Shown here: piece by piece, positions 26,601 through 38,178 of the stretch | Numbering within the stretch: the stretch's first letter is position 1 | Layout of the letters: each line of letters opens with the position of its first letter | Translations under genes and position numbers: made by a program | Assembly (NCBI GenBank): GCA_037447605.1 | Contig: CM074812.1 | Span: 186,001-250,000, forward strand | DNA length: 64,000 bases | DNA from: Zygnema circumcarinatum SAG 698-1b | Taxonomy: Eukaryota; Plantae; Zygnematophyceae | Direction of reading: 5' to 3' | The notes under the pieces: model-generated | What the model saw: only the letters and a program-made list of their open reading frames with translations | The model's database searches: none | Told to the model about the DNA's origin: nothing

Positions 26601-27201
26601 CTCTTCTCTCTCACTCTCTCTCCCCCCCCTCTCCCTCCCGCGTCAATTCCCTGACTCTCCTCCCCTTCCTTTCTTCCCCTCTTTTTTGATTTGTGTCTTT
26701 CCTGGGCCTCCCGTTGCCTTTCACTCTCCCCATCCTCCCCCCCTCCTTTCTTTCCTCCTAGCCCTCCTCGCCTCCCAGTCCCCCGCTCTCTTCCCCTTCT
26801 CATCTTCTCTCGTCCTCCCCTTCCTCGAATCTCCTTGCTTCCCTCCCTTCCCTCAGCACTCCCCTCCTAGCGCTATCACTATCTCCTAAACCATCCCCTT
26901 CCCTCCGCCTACCTGTCTCTCTGTCTCCATGAGCCCCCCCATTCCCTCCCTTCATTCCGTCCCTCTTCCTCCCGTTGTGGAAAGCCGTTCCCTGTCTCAC
27001 TTGTGTCCCATGTTCCCCTCCCTCTCCCCCCAGGTGGTGGCCTGTGGAACTCTCCTGGTAATCATGGCAGTGGGAAATTTTTCTAATACGGTGGGAACTG
27101 TAATTGTGAAGTACCGCATTAAGGCAAAGATGAGAGCGCAGGGCCGGAAAATGCTGCAGCATATGTCCTCCTCCAATGCATTCAAGGTCAAGAATGGCTG
27201 A
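23606..27201 (+). CDS. TMEM120: transmembrane protein 120 homolog (TMPIT-like), multi-exon
   Basis: N-terminal coiled coil MADQEGEG..., then FLGPVNVKSARKDVRFKVKEEYNSYR, AWLLFFYTSLALRENILRINGSDIRPWWIQHHY, QGVAMLLQNHYQRQRLYTRIALGK, MDVVWGETAGV and VVACGTLLVIMAVGNFSNTV. Stop at 27199-27201. Confidence 0.93.
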
Positions 27202-27793
27202 AATGAGTTATCGTTCCACTGGGAGAGGAGCTTATTGCAAGGCCATGGCTGTACAAAGGAGGCAACACGTGTGTGTATCTCCAAACAGACAGACTGTGTT
27301 TTTTTCGGGCAGATAAAGTTACTGCATTTCTGGCCCTCCTTGACAAAATAGATTTTGCTCCGTGACAGTTTTTCGTGTATAAACAGACTAGGCAGTTTCT
27401 ATAGGTGATGTTCTATGTGGTTGAGCAGCACGGCGCGTGGTTAAACAGCATGTACATGTGTTTGTAGCGCTCAAAGTTAAGGTCAGATAAGTCTGCAGAT
27501 CAGAAATAGGCTTTGAACTAGGCCTATGAGAATTAGGGTTTGTACGATGACTCGGCTTTCTTGGCTACAGATTTTCCTTACATTTTGAGATTTCGTTGAA
27601 ATCCATCGATGTAGGAGTCATTAAGAAAACTTTTGTTCAATTTTTGCAAGTCGGACATGCCCGTAATGTTGGTTCTAAGCAGCTTTAAAAAAAATGAATA
27701 TTAAAGCTTATCGTCTTGCAGTGAATCTTGCGACGATGAAATCGAATTGCTTTTGAGGAAGGTGTCCTCGCCGTAGAAAAAACGAGAAACCAG

Positions 27794-28310
27794 AAGGATG
27801 ACGTCAGCAGCTGGAGACCTGAAGTTGTGGAAAGCAGAAGTATGACGCCAGTAACTGGAAACCTGACGTTAAAATGCACAAGGATGGCGTTAGCAGATGG
27901 AAACCTGAAGTTGCAGAAAACCGAAAGATGGCGTCAGCAACTGGAAATTTGAACTTGCAGGAAGAGAAGGATGACGCCAGCACCTGGAAATTCTTCTACT
28001 TCTCACTCATAGAATTGCTAATTTGCGGCAGGCGTTTCAATTCTACGTTGGCATTTTGATCCTGCATTCAGCCTTTTATGAGGACTCTGAATGGCAGGTG
28101 AGGCAGTGCCCCGAGCAAACTGCTACTATGAAACGCAATGCACTCTCCTTCTCTCTCTCTCTCACTCTCTCCCCCCTCCCCCTCTCCCTCCCCTCCCCCT
28201 CTGCCTCCCCCTCTCCCTCCCCCTCTCCCCCCTCCCTTTCCTCCCCCTTCCTTTCTCCGCCCCCTTCCCAACGAAGTTCCAGAAAGACGTCAGCAGTTGG
28301 AAACTTGCAG
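27794..28310. repeat. degenerate 42-44-bp minisatellite (consensus ~AAGGATGACGTCAGCAGCTGGAAACCTGAAGTTGCAGAAA), interrupted in unit 5
   Basis: Units start at 27794, 27838, 27880, 27924 and 27967. The array resumes after ~28272 with 'gaagttccagaaagacgtcagcagttggaaacttgcag'. Confidence 0.8.
27995..28200 (+). pseudogene. orphan duplicate of a TMEM120 internal exon with its intron flanks
   Basis: 28032-28097 matches exon 26485-26550 at 64 of 66 nt (I>V and L>I). The AG acceptor and GT donor are intact, and the adjacent intron sequence is also copied. Confidence 0.9.
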
Positions 28311-29004
28311 TCGTAGCGAGCAATTAGGGTGTGTCAGACTTAAAAAATTCTCGTAATAAATTGCTTGTTTTCGTCTGGTCCCATGCATGCCTGGATGCCC
28401 CATGCAGTTCTTTCTTTCCTACTAGCCCTGCAAACCACAAACCACAAACCACAAACCGGACGATGACGCTGACATAACGTCACCAAGATACGGAATCCGT
28501 ACGATGCTGGAGTTCTCGGCCCGTACAATGTACTTCAGTATGATTTGGAATTGAACAAACCAGATTTAATTTCCGAACATTAATATCGAATTTCGACATT
28601 TGGGGACTGTCAATATTGAACTCACCGGCCGGCTGGTAGCTGCCGACCGGCGACGACCGGCATCTGTAACCCTAGCCCTTGCTGCCGGCCACAGCCGGAG
28701 TTTGCCGGTCGCCGACAAAACCGGTGCCGCCCATTTCTCAGCTCATTGGAGCCGTCCGATTCGCAAATCGCCGCCGCCGATTTAAAAAAAAATAGTCAAA
28801 ATTTGAATTTCAAGAGGGCGAGTGCTTGGATTTGGAGCCTTGGAAAGTGAAAAGTCAAAATTGAAATTTCCCGCTCCAATTTTCAATTTTCTTGGTGTCC
28901 CGTTTTTTTTGGGCAGTTCGAATTTTCCGGCTGGCAGGGTTCAGCGCCGCCTTTTTGGCCTCCGCCAACCGCGAGGGTTCAGGGCCGCCTTGAAACCACC
29001 CGCG

Positions 29005-29042
29005 CCCTGAACCCTGAACCCTGAACCCTGAACCCTGAACCC
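29005..29042. repeat. (CCCTGAA)5, a TTCAGGG-type telomere-variant / telo-box-like array
   Basis: Five perfect heptamers from 29005 to 29039, followed by CCC. Confidence 0.9.
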
Positions 29043-29059
29043 CTCCCTCCCTGCACAGA

Positions 29060-29527
<468 letters not shown>

Positions 29528-29996
29528 CCAGGGGATGCCGCTATGAGGGGGCCGTTTAAAGGATTCGAGCGCTTTTAGGGTTTATCTTTTCTCCTTGTTT
29601 CTTACTTCTCTTTGCAGGAATTTCAATATATATATAATTTTTTTTTTCCAGTTTTTGGAGTTTTTTGGGCCTTGTTCCAGCGAGCGAGGATTTGAGGACC
29701 GGTGAGGTACGCGCAGAAATCGAGAGCTCACACTACATTGCTGATTTCTTAAAGAAAATGAAAATAAACAAGGAAGGAAAAAGCTTCCTTTTTCAAGTCA
29801 TGTTAGAGTTAGAGCACATGAATGGCTTTATTAACATTAACATAAAGATGTGTCTTTAACATTAAACTTTCATATAGGTCGAGTTCTGCTCGCAGTTATC
29901 TTTATGTTTGTGTTTTCTTTTTATCTTCGGCTTCAGCTTTATGGTTGGCGCCAGCTCTAGGTTTTGGCTAGCTCCTGCCAGCTGTAGGGATATGGC

Positions 29997-30380
29997 TAGG
30001 GTTAGGGTTAGTGTAAGTGTAAGGTTAACGGTTAGGTTAGGGTTAGGGTTAGGGTTAGGGTAAGGGTAAGGTTAACGGTTAGGTTAGGGTTAGGGTTAGG
30101 GTTAGGGTTAGGGTTAGGGTTAGGGTTAGGGTTAGGGTTAGGGTTAGGGTAAGGGTAAGGATTAGGGTTAGGATTAGGGTTAGGATTAGGGTCAGGGTTA
30201 GGGTTAGGGTTAGGGTTAGGGTAAGGGTTAGGGTTAGGGTTAGGGTTAGGGTTAGGGTTAGGGTTAGGGTTAGGGTTAGGGTTAGGGTTAGGGTTAGGGT
30301 TAGGGTTAAGGTTAGGGTTAGGGTTAGGGTCAGGGTTAGGGTTAGGGTTAGGGTTAAGGTTAGGGTTCGGGTTAGGGTTG
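29997..30380 (+). repeat. interstitial telomeric array, ~60 units of TTAGGG with TAAGGG/TCAGGG/TTAGGA variants
   Basis: Long perfect (TTAGGG)n runs at 30040-30380. Degenerate TTAGGG-like motifs continue to ~30770. Genes lie on both sides. Confidence 0.97.
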
Positions 30381-30924
30381 CTGCAACTCTACCATAAGGT
30401 TAGGCTTACGGCAAGTTTTATGGTTAGAGTTAGTGGTTGCTGCAAGCTTCAATATTAGGTTAATGCTGCTGCCATCGGTGGATTAGGATAGGGATGGAGG
30501 TAGGTTGGGATTAAGGTTACTGCAATCTCTATCATGAAGGCTAGGCTTATATTAAGTTCTGAGGCTAGGGTTAGGGTTATTGCAAGTTTTAGGTTAGGGT
30601 TAAGGTTAGTCCTGTGATTAGGGTTAGGGCATCTGCTTGCTCAGAGTTTGCTGTTGGGATTGGGGTCATTGCAACCGTCATGGCTATAAGTAGGGTTACT
30701 ACAATCTCTATGATTAGTCTGCCCAACCATTAAGTTAGTGTTGCTGTAAGCTCTGTGGTTTAGGTTAGAATCGTACACGAGCCTCTCTCTCTCACCTTAA
30801 CGGGCAACGTCTGGCCGTTCCCAATAGAGAATGTTGCACGAGCACTTGAGAGATGCCAACCTTTTGTTGCAGCAAGCCGACTGTTTCCTCGAGGATGGAT
30901 GTGCAGAGGAGGCAGTGATGCGTC

Positions 30925-33900
30925 ATGGCAGGAGAGGGAAGGAACGTGAGTGAGAAGACCATCTCTGCCTCAGCTCAACCGTTTCCGGGCCGAATACTGC
31001 GCGGTGTGCGCTCGGCGAGACCTCGACCAGACCAGCTTGAGGTACGGCTTCCGCTTCAGTCTTCTTGATTGTTGTGCTCTTCTCTTCATCGTCTTGGTTG
31101 CGATATTTGAAATTTCTGATTTAGTGCCCTCTGCCCTATGGCATAATTCTCGTTACAATCGTTGTGTCTATGTGCCTCAGAACTCTGCGAACAAGAAACG
31201 GCAAAGTAAGAATTCGACTGACGCGAAGGAGGAACTTGTTTCCAGCATCCTTCACAGTCAGGTTGTCCAAATCAAGAGCATTGAAGTCAAAATAGCGGAG
31301 GCAGCACTAGCTTCCCCATCTTCGAATGACTCAAGTGCAAACCTTGAGGTTGAAGTGGTTGGAGCCGAGAAAGGTGTAGCATTGGAGGCGGGTAAAACAA
31401 TGGGATTCGATGTTTTAGCTGTTGTGGCCGAAAAAATTGTCGAAGAAGTCGAGTCTTCGAAGAGTGATATGGCAATAAAGCTTCCCAAAGGTGTTACTGA
31501 TGTGAGTATCGATGAGAACGAGCTCACTGGAGGAATGGAGGAGGATTGTAGAATGGACGAAGAAAGAAAGACGTTGACAGGTAATTTTGAAGGGGAAAGG
31601 GGGTCGAGTGAGCAGGAAAGAGAAGAGGAACCGGCTGGAAAATCTATGAAGGAAGGTAATGATCAGGAGGGAAGTCGAGAAATTGAGGAAGAAAGACTTA
31701 AAGTTGTTACGGACGGGAGATCTTCGCCGGAGGAAGAGGGGAACATGGACGAAAAGGTGCTTGAGGGAGTTGCGGTTGGAGAATATCAGAAGGAAACGGA
31801 GGAGAAGGAAGAGGAGAATGCAGACGGAGATGTGGATGTGGAGAGCATCGGTGAGGAAGAGATGGGCGATGACAAGGTTGAGGGAGATGCGGAGAAGAAA
31901 AATGCGCAGGATGAGATGGTGGGAAAGGAAGAAATAGATGAAATGGCCGAGGAAGTTGACGTGGAAGATGTCGAAGAGGGAGAGGAAGACAAGAAGGATG
32001 AGAGTGTTGAAGGAGCTGTGGAAAAGGAGGAGAAGCACGAAGGAGAAAGTATGGACGAGGGGAGAGTGCTGGAGGAAGGAAGCGAGAAGCTAGGCAAAAG
32101 TCTTGAGAGACTTGCAGAGGCAGGAAATGACGGGGAAAGTAAGTGGAAGTCAGAAGGTGAGGTGCTTGGAGAAGGGGCTAAGGAGGAGCACCGTGAACAC
32201 AAGGACAAGCCGGAGCCTTGTAATGCTATGGTCGTGGAGGAATCTTTCCATCCTGGGACTGTTATTGGTGCCGATGATTCTGCACCACCGGAGGCGAGAG
32301 AGAATGCCATCACAGAAAGAGAAGAGACCGCAGACCATCACCACCAGGTCGAGGTGGGGTTTCTTCCGCCAGCTGGAAATGTTGGTGAAGCTTCCTTGGC
32401 TGAGGGAGGGACGGGTGAAGCGGAAAATGGTGATTCACGAGAGACTGAGAGGGCAGAGCCGAATGTTGGGGATCCCACAGGGAATGACTTTGGAGAGAAT
32501 GTGGATGTAGACATTGAAGCAGGAACTCCTCCGCTCATAGAAGACTCTGCCGCACCCGTGGAAGACGATAACTTAGCGTTATCACCAGGTGAAGGAGACG
32601 TGAACAGAAGAAAAAGCTTTATCGAAGAAATGCAGGATGCTTTACTCCCTGAGGGGCTGACTCCTAACATTCAAGCAGAGATTGTAGCACAGGCAAGCAA
32701 TGCGGTAGCTCAGGGAGCAGGTGAGCAGGCAGATGAGCGAGTGGGAGAAGGAGCGGATGCGCTAACTGAGAGAGAAGGAATTGCCTTGTCGTTCATAGGG
32801 AGACACGATGAAGCGTATGAAGAGCAGGAACATGGAATGGGCGGGGAGGCAGATACATTGATGAATGAGCAACCAGTGATGTATGGGATGAACATGCAAA
32901 TGGGCTATGTAACATCGGACCCTGCATGTGCTGTGGATGAGGAGGAAGAGGACATAGATATCGTAGAAGTGGACGAGGAGGAGGAAGCAAAAGTGAAGCA
33001 GGCAATGGGAGTGGGGGAGGGAGTGCCGGTGGGAGAGGAGGAATACATGCGAGATGGAGAGGATGGTATGATGGAGGCACAGCCAGCTCAGGGAGAAATG
33101 GGATATGCAGAAAATGAGGATACCTTCATAGAGGGAGAGGTGGGAGTAGCACAGGCACTCGAGGAGGCTGAGGAAGCGGCTGCAGCAGACGTTGAGATAG
33201 CTGGAGGAATGGACATGGATTCTGCTTTGAAGAGAATGACAGGCATGGGGTCGCCCATTTCGAGGAACAAGCGGAAATTAAACAGTGAGGAGGAATTGGA
33301 GGACGAGCACGAGGCCCCTTCTCTGAATGGTCAGTGTTCCGGTTTCCGTGGGAAAGATTATACTTTTGGGTTTTTTTGAAATTTAGGGTATTTGGCCGTC
33401 TAGGCTCGGGCATATTGCAAGGCTTTGGGTTGAAGAGGAGTTGCCCACTTGTAGGGTTTCAGTGATTGCTGTATGATAACGCTCATTTAGGAAGAGATAC
33501 TCTTAACATTCTGGGGCTTTTGGAGTCCTATGGTTTGTGCTGGAAGTTGATCCGGGCTGATGATCTTCCTAGTTTGCCTCGGGACAGTAATGAAATTGGA
33601 TAAGATCATCTCCTGGGGTTCCACCTACCTCGTTAGGTAGATGACGACGACTGCTTTTGCTATTAGTACTGCCATTGTCGTTACTAGAATTGTACTTGAT
33701 TGCTGATTGCTCAGTGTTTCATGTGCTTGTTGAACAGACATCGAAATGTCTCGTCCTACACGACAAAGGACTGCTCGTGCCCCCCCCTCTAGGAAGAAGG
33801 CGAAGAGAAGTGAGGAGGAGCAGCAGCTTCTGATAGACGATGAGCCGCTGAACGAATTTGATGTGGACTTGGACCAATTGGTGGGGGAAGTTACCGAGCC

Positions 33901-36633
33901 TCCGGCAGCTGCAGCAAAGCTGAGGAGTGGTAAGTCTCTATGAAGGAAATTTCTGTGGGGGTTGAACATGTGATTTCCTGCATATTCCCAAGGACAGAGT
34001 TTCTCTCTCTCTCTCTCTCTCCCTTCCCCCCCCTCTCTCTCTCACACACATACACACTCTCCCTAACCCTTTTACCTTTTGTTGGAGGAACTCAGCAGCG
34101 AAAATGACAAGCGTGGCGGCCACATCTCCAGGCACTTCGCCACATCCTCGACACTACAGAACAGCAAAGAGGGTTGAAGAGCCTCTAGGTGATTGCTTTC
34201 ACTTGGAATCTAGTTTTAGTCATGTCTTAAGGTCTAGCTTGCAAACTGCAGCTTTTAGGGTTCTAAGAGACGTAGAGCTTTAAGGTCATCACTTGTTCGA
34301 AATTCATTTCTCTGCCAGATTGTTGTGTAGATCCACTGTAACTTTGAATTGGTTCATTTAAATTCGACCTATTGGCCACAAGGCTGGAGACTGATGGTAG
34401 GGCCATTGTTTGCTTTTTTGTTGAATTCCGTGCAGTCAAGTTTGCTATAAAGTCATTCAATGTGCCGGAGCTTGTAGTCGCTTTACCAGAATCTTCCACC
34501 GTGGGCCAGCTCAAGGTACTGAGTCTGATCCGTCTTCAAGACGTCAAATCACAACCGGTTGTTTTATTTTATATGTGGTTCCATACTTTCACTGCACGCT
34601 TGAACTTAATGTCATTGGTTACATTGATTCCGACCTCCCTCCTCTTGTGCCCACTTCCTTGTTCCTGTCCCCCTCTTCCCCCCCCCTCTCTTACTCCATC
34701 TCTCCCTTTTTCTGGCATTCTTGAATGCAAAGAAGGCGATTAGAGTTTCACTATGCGGTTATTTCCTGAGCTTGCTCAACAGTCGAGAGTCTTCAATGCA
34801 GTCTTGTAATCTATTGAAACCAGATACATCTAAATTCTTAGTCCTCAGAATGTCCCCCAGACCTCCGAGGCTTGGAAACGGCAAAACCCTCAATCTAGGC
34901 TCTGCTGTGAGGGTTCTGCAGAAGGCGGTAATGGATGCTTCCATGAAGCTTCTGGGAGGAGGCTTACGGATGCGCGTATTGCTGCAAGGGAAGCGTCTGC
35001 AGGATGAGGCCACCACCATAACTCAAGCTGGGATTTCGAAGAATCTTCTCGGATCGGGGACGATATCGGATGCTCTTGCCTTCATGCTTGAACCGAGCCC
35101 ATTATATGCGGTAACACCTGGCGACAACGATCCGTTATTGGTGCTCTCACAGGCAGGAGAAGCACCGGCTTCGTCTCCCAAGTCAGACTCTCTCTACCTC
35201 CTTTAAACCTTGCATGTTAATGACTGCTAAAGCACACGAGAGTTCTCTTTAGTGTTTACACAGTTTACGCGAGATGAGTGTTAAGATTACGGTGGTAGCA
35301 CAATGAGTAATGGAGTGTGATTGGTTCGCAGGTGGTTCGTTTGTATGTGAGCAACTGAATGTAAATGGACACTTGTCTTAATTGTTGAACTATTTTCTTG
35401 AAACGTTATTGAATGGAGGGGGCCTACGGCTGTGATCCTCTACCAGTTGAAACAAACGAGCAGATGATACTGATTTTGTCTTCATGGTTGATGTTGCCGA
35501 TGTTGACCTTGATGATGATGCGAAGTCGACAATATTGATGAATTCATCGTGATCGTCATCGTGATGTGTGTGAAATATGACACAGGCCCGTCGTCAACAT
35601 TCCCCCTCCTCCCACAGCCCCTCAAACAGGGATGAGAGGGCGGCCACGGAATAGAAACAACGGCAAAGGAATGACTGTGGAGGAAACGGATTTCGAAACA
35701 AATCCCACGTTCTATGCGGAACCCACCAGAGGAGGGAGAGGGAGGGGTCGAGGGAGAGGCCGCAGCATGTCTGCTCCCTTAGCCCACACCACACGTGTGG
35801 CAGCCGCTCAAGCTTTGGCAGCTATTCGAGCTCAGTCGGAGCAGACTCAGTTGGGAGTGAAGATGGAGGTTGGGAGGGGGATGAGTCAATATGGGGGTCT
35901 GAGTGCTTCTGCAGGAGCCATGGTTTTGCATCCAACGAGCATGCAGGGGGGAGGTAGTGATCACAATGTGGGATCTGCATCCCTAGCTATGGTGCCACGT
36001 GGCAGGCCGAGAGGCAGCAGCATGGCACTTATGAATTTGGAGGGACGGAGACGCATACGGCGACCGTTTACCGTCGCAGAAGTGATGGCGCTGGTGGATG
36101 CAGTGGAGAGGCTTGGAACTGGGAGGTAGGATAAAACTGGATATGCTGCTTTAGGACGTACATGAGGAGAAGCTAAAGCAGCAAACCCTAAAAAAATGTA
36201 CTCATGTGGGGTTGGAGGGGCTGTCTTGTTGGATCATTCGACAGGTGGCGTGAAGTGAAGTTAAGGGCTTTCTCGCATTCGAAACACCGAACGTACGTAG
36301 ACCTTAAGGTATGCAAATGCATCGATACTTTCCCCGATTGGCTTATTTTTAACAGAAGAAAATCAGAGAAAATAACTAGAAAGCTGATCAATTTATAGGG
36401 AGGCGTAGGCGTATGGTCGACTCTCCTTTTCGGGTGGCGGAAATAGAGCCATCTCTGAAGTGGGGTCGCTGCATCCGCAGGATAAGTGGAAGACTTTGGT
36501 ACATACGGCTCAGATTGCGCCACATCAGCGGCGAGGAGAGCCCGTCCCCCAAGAGCTTCTTGAGAGAGTCACAAAGGCGCATGCCTATTGGACGGCGCAG
36601 CTACGGGCACAGCAGGCAGAACGGGACCGCTGA
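30925..36633 (+). CDS. telomere repeat-binding protein, TRP1/TRFL (Myb + Myb-extension, ubiquitin-like domain), with a long acidic N-terminus
   Basis: N-terminal motif FDVLAVVAEKIV, similar to F(D/E)LLAxVAGKLL of plant TRPs. Ubiquitin-like domain VKFAIKSFNVPELVVALPESSTVGQLK|KAVMDA...LLGGGLRMRVLLQGK...LAFMLEP. Telobox Myb RRRIRRPFTVAEVMALVDAVERLGTGR|WREVK...RTYVDLK|DKWKTLVHTA and Myb-extension RRGEPVPQELLERV...AHAYW. Stop at 36631-36633. Exon phases chain consistently from 31181. The start codon at 30925 (MAGEGRN) is tentative. Confidence 0.9.
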
Positions 36634-38178
36634 ATGGCAAAGGGAATGTGAAATGTGTTACCTGTGAAAGTTGTGTTTGGAACATGATAACAGCATCTTC
36701 GACACGGCATCTGTGATGAGATAGATGGTGGATGATGGATGACGGACCATCACCACGAAATGTTTGACGGTTTATAAAGGCTAGGGTTCACCACAAGGTT
36801 CAAGGATGGAAGTTTAAAGGGAGAGGAGAGCGAGTCAGGGAGGGAGGGAAGCATCGGATTAGCATGGGCTGTGAATATGGGGCTACGTTTGCTGTAAGGA
36901 AAGGGAGAGAGTGCCCTACTAAGTGGGAGAGGGAGGAAGCGAGAGAGAGAGTCCGCTGCCTTCCCTGCTTTGTGAGAAGTGGCGGTTCAACGGAGCAGGG
37001 GGGGCTCCTGTAGAGTTTGTACATCAAGGGATTAGGGGGGGCGGGAAATGCGAGGGAGGGTTCAGGATGTGCAGGGTGCGGAGGCCCTGGCAGAAGGGAG
37101 ATACCTAAAGCTTATCGGCAATTTCACGACTTGTTAGGACTATGGCTGCGGAGGGGTTGCTGTTCTATTTCTTGAATTAGGGTTGGAACTGGGGATTGGG
37201 TTCTTACTTAGAACCAATTGTCAGTTGAAAAGGTTTTTTTCTCTCTAATGAATGGACTTCAAGAACACAAAAAAAAAAAGCGACAAAGGCTTGAAGCTGA
37301 TATTCTCCTTGTTGCCTAGCAGGTAGTCCTTCGAGGGTTTTCCTGAATATGAACTGTCCGACAAACTTCAGGGCCTTTTCTGGGTCTAAATTGGGAGGGC
37401 CTGTGGGGGACGCTGTATGACTGTTTCAAACTCAACCAAAGAGAACAACCCTAAAAATGAAAAACTACCATCAAACTTTCTGCTTTTTGTTGTCAACCAA
37501 AAAACCATAAACTGAGTTTTGCGAAGCGCAGGTTCCAATTTAAAAAGGGGCGAGTCGCCAGCTGCAATCGAGGGTATGTTGCTTTGCCACGTGACTGCCA
37601 CGTGGCAAGTAACCCACCAATGGACGGAACCTGAAAGATCTGGTCTGTCTACGGCCATATCCATCCTCCACGTGACAAGGACCTAAGCCACAAAAATAAG
37701 GAACAAGCAAAGGACCGAGGAATATTCTGTCTTACGTGGCGACCTCCCATTGGCTGTGAAGCTGGATTCATTTTGTGTGGTACGGTACGGACGAAGGAGC
37801 TGGTGAGCAAAAAGTGCAAACCGGGTTTTTGCTCGCAAACTGGAATCGACCGGAAGCTGTGGACTGACGTTTACAAACGTCACTTTTTCCAACTGAATTA
37901 CGTCAGAACTTAGGTCCTTGTTGGCCTAATTTCGATTAAATTCGAAAGCAAAACGAACTATCTGACGGCCCCAGTTCAGTTTCCGCCGATCATCGGACGG
38001 CTCTCAATCGTTCGCTGTAGCCCCACGCAACAGAAACTGTACCTGCTGCACAGATTTCTTGGGACAATGCACATGGAGCGTCGATTCGGACTGATTCGTC
38101 GCATTTTCTGGAACTGTTCACATGGAACAAGCTCTATGAAGGTGATGTGATGATTCGGAGACCGTTAGGCATCGAGGA

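Noticed and set aside
27794-28310. Regularly spaced ~43-bp repeats as a possible CRISPR array
   Set aside because: The context is eukaryotic, the units are diverged and tandem without unique spacers, and there are no cas genes.
29997-30380. A true chromosome end or telomere-telomere fusion
   Set aside because: Intact genes continue on both sides and the array runs in one orientation only, with no (TTAGGG)n-(CCCTAA)n junction. A mis-join cannot be excluded without reads.
30950-31180. N-terminus MRRPSLPQ... of the 809-aa ORF
   Set aside because: It starts at a GTG inside a probable intron (donor 30946, acceptor 31180) and is pyrimidine-rich, so it is treated as intron.
37720-37727. P1BS element (GAATATTC) upstream of the EXS gene
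   Set aside because: It is a single 8-mer, and the same GGAATATTCTGTC context recurs near 62412 away from any phosphate gene, so chance or repeat origin is as likely.
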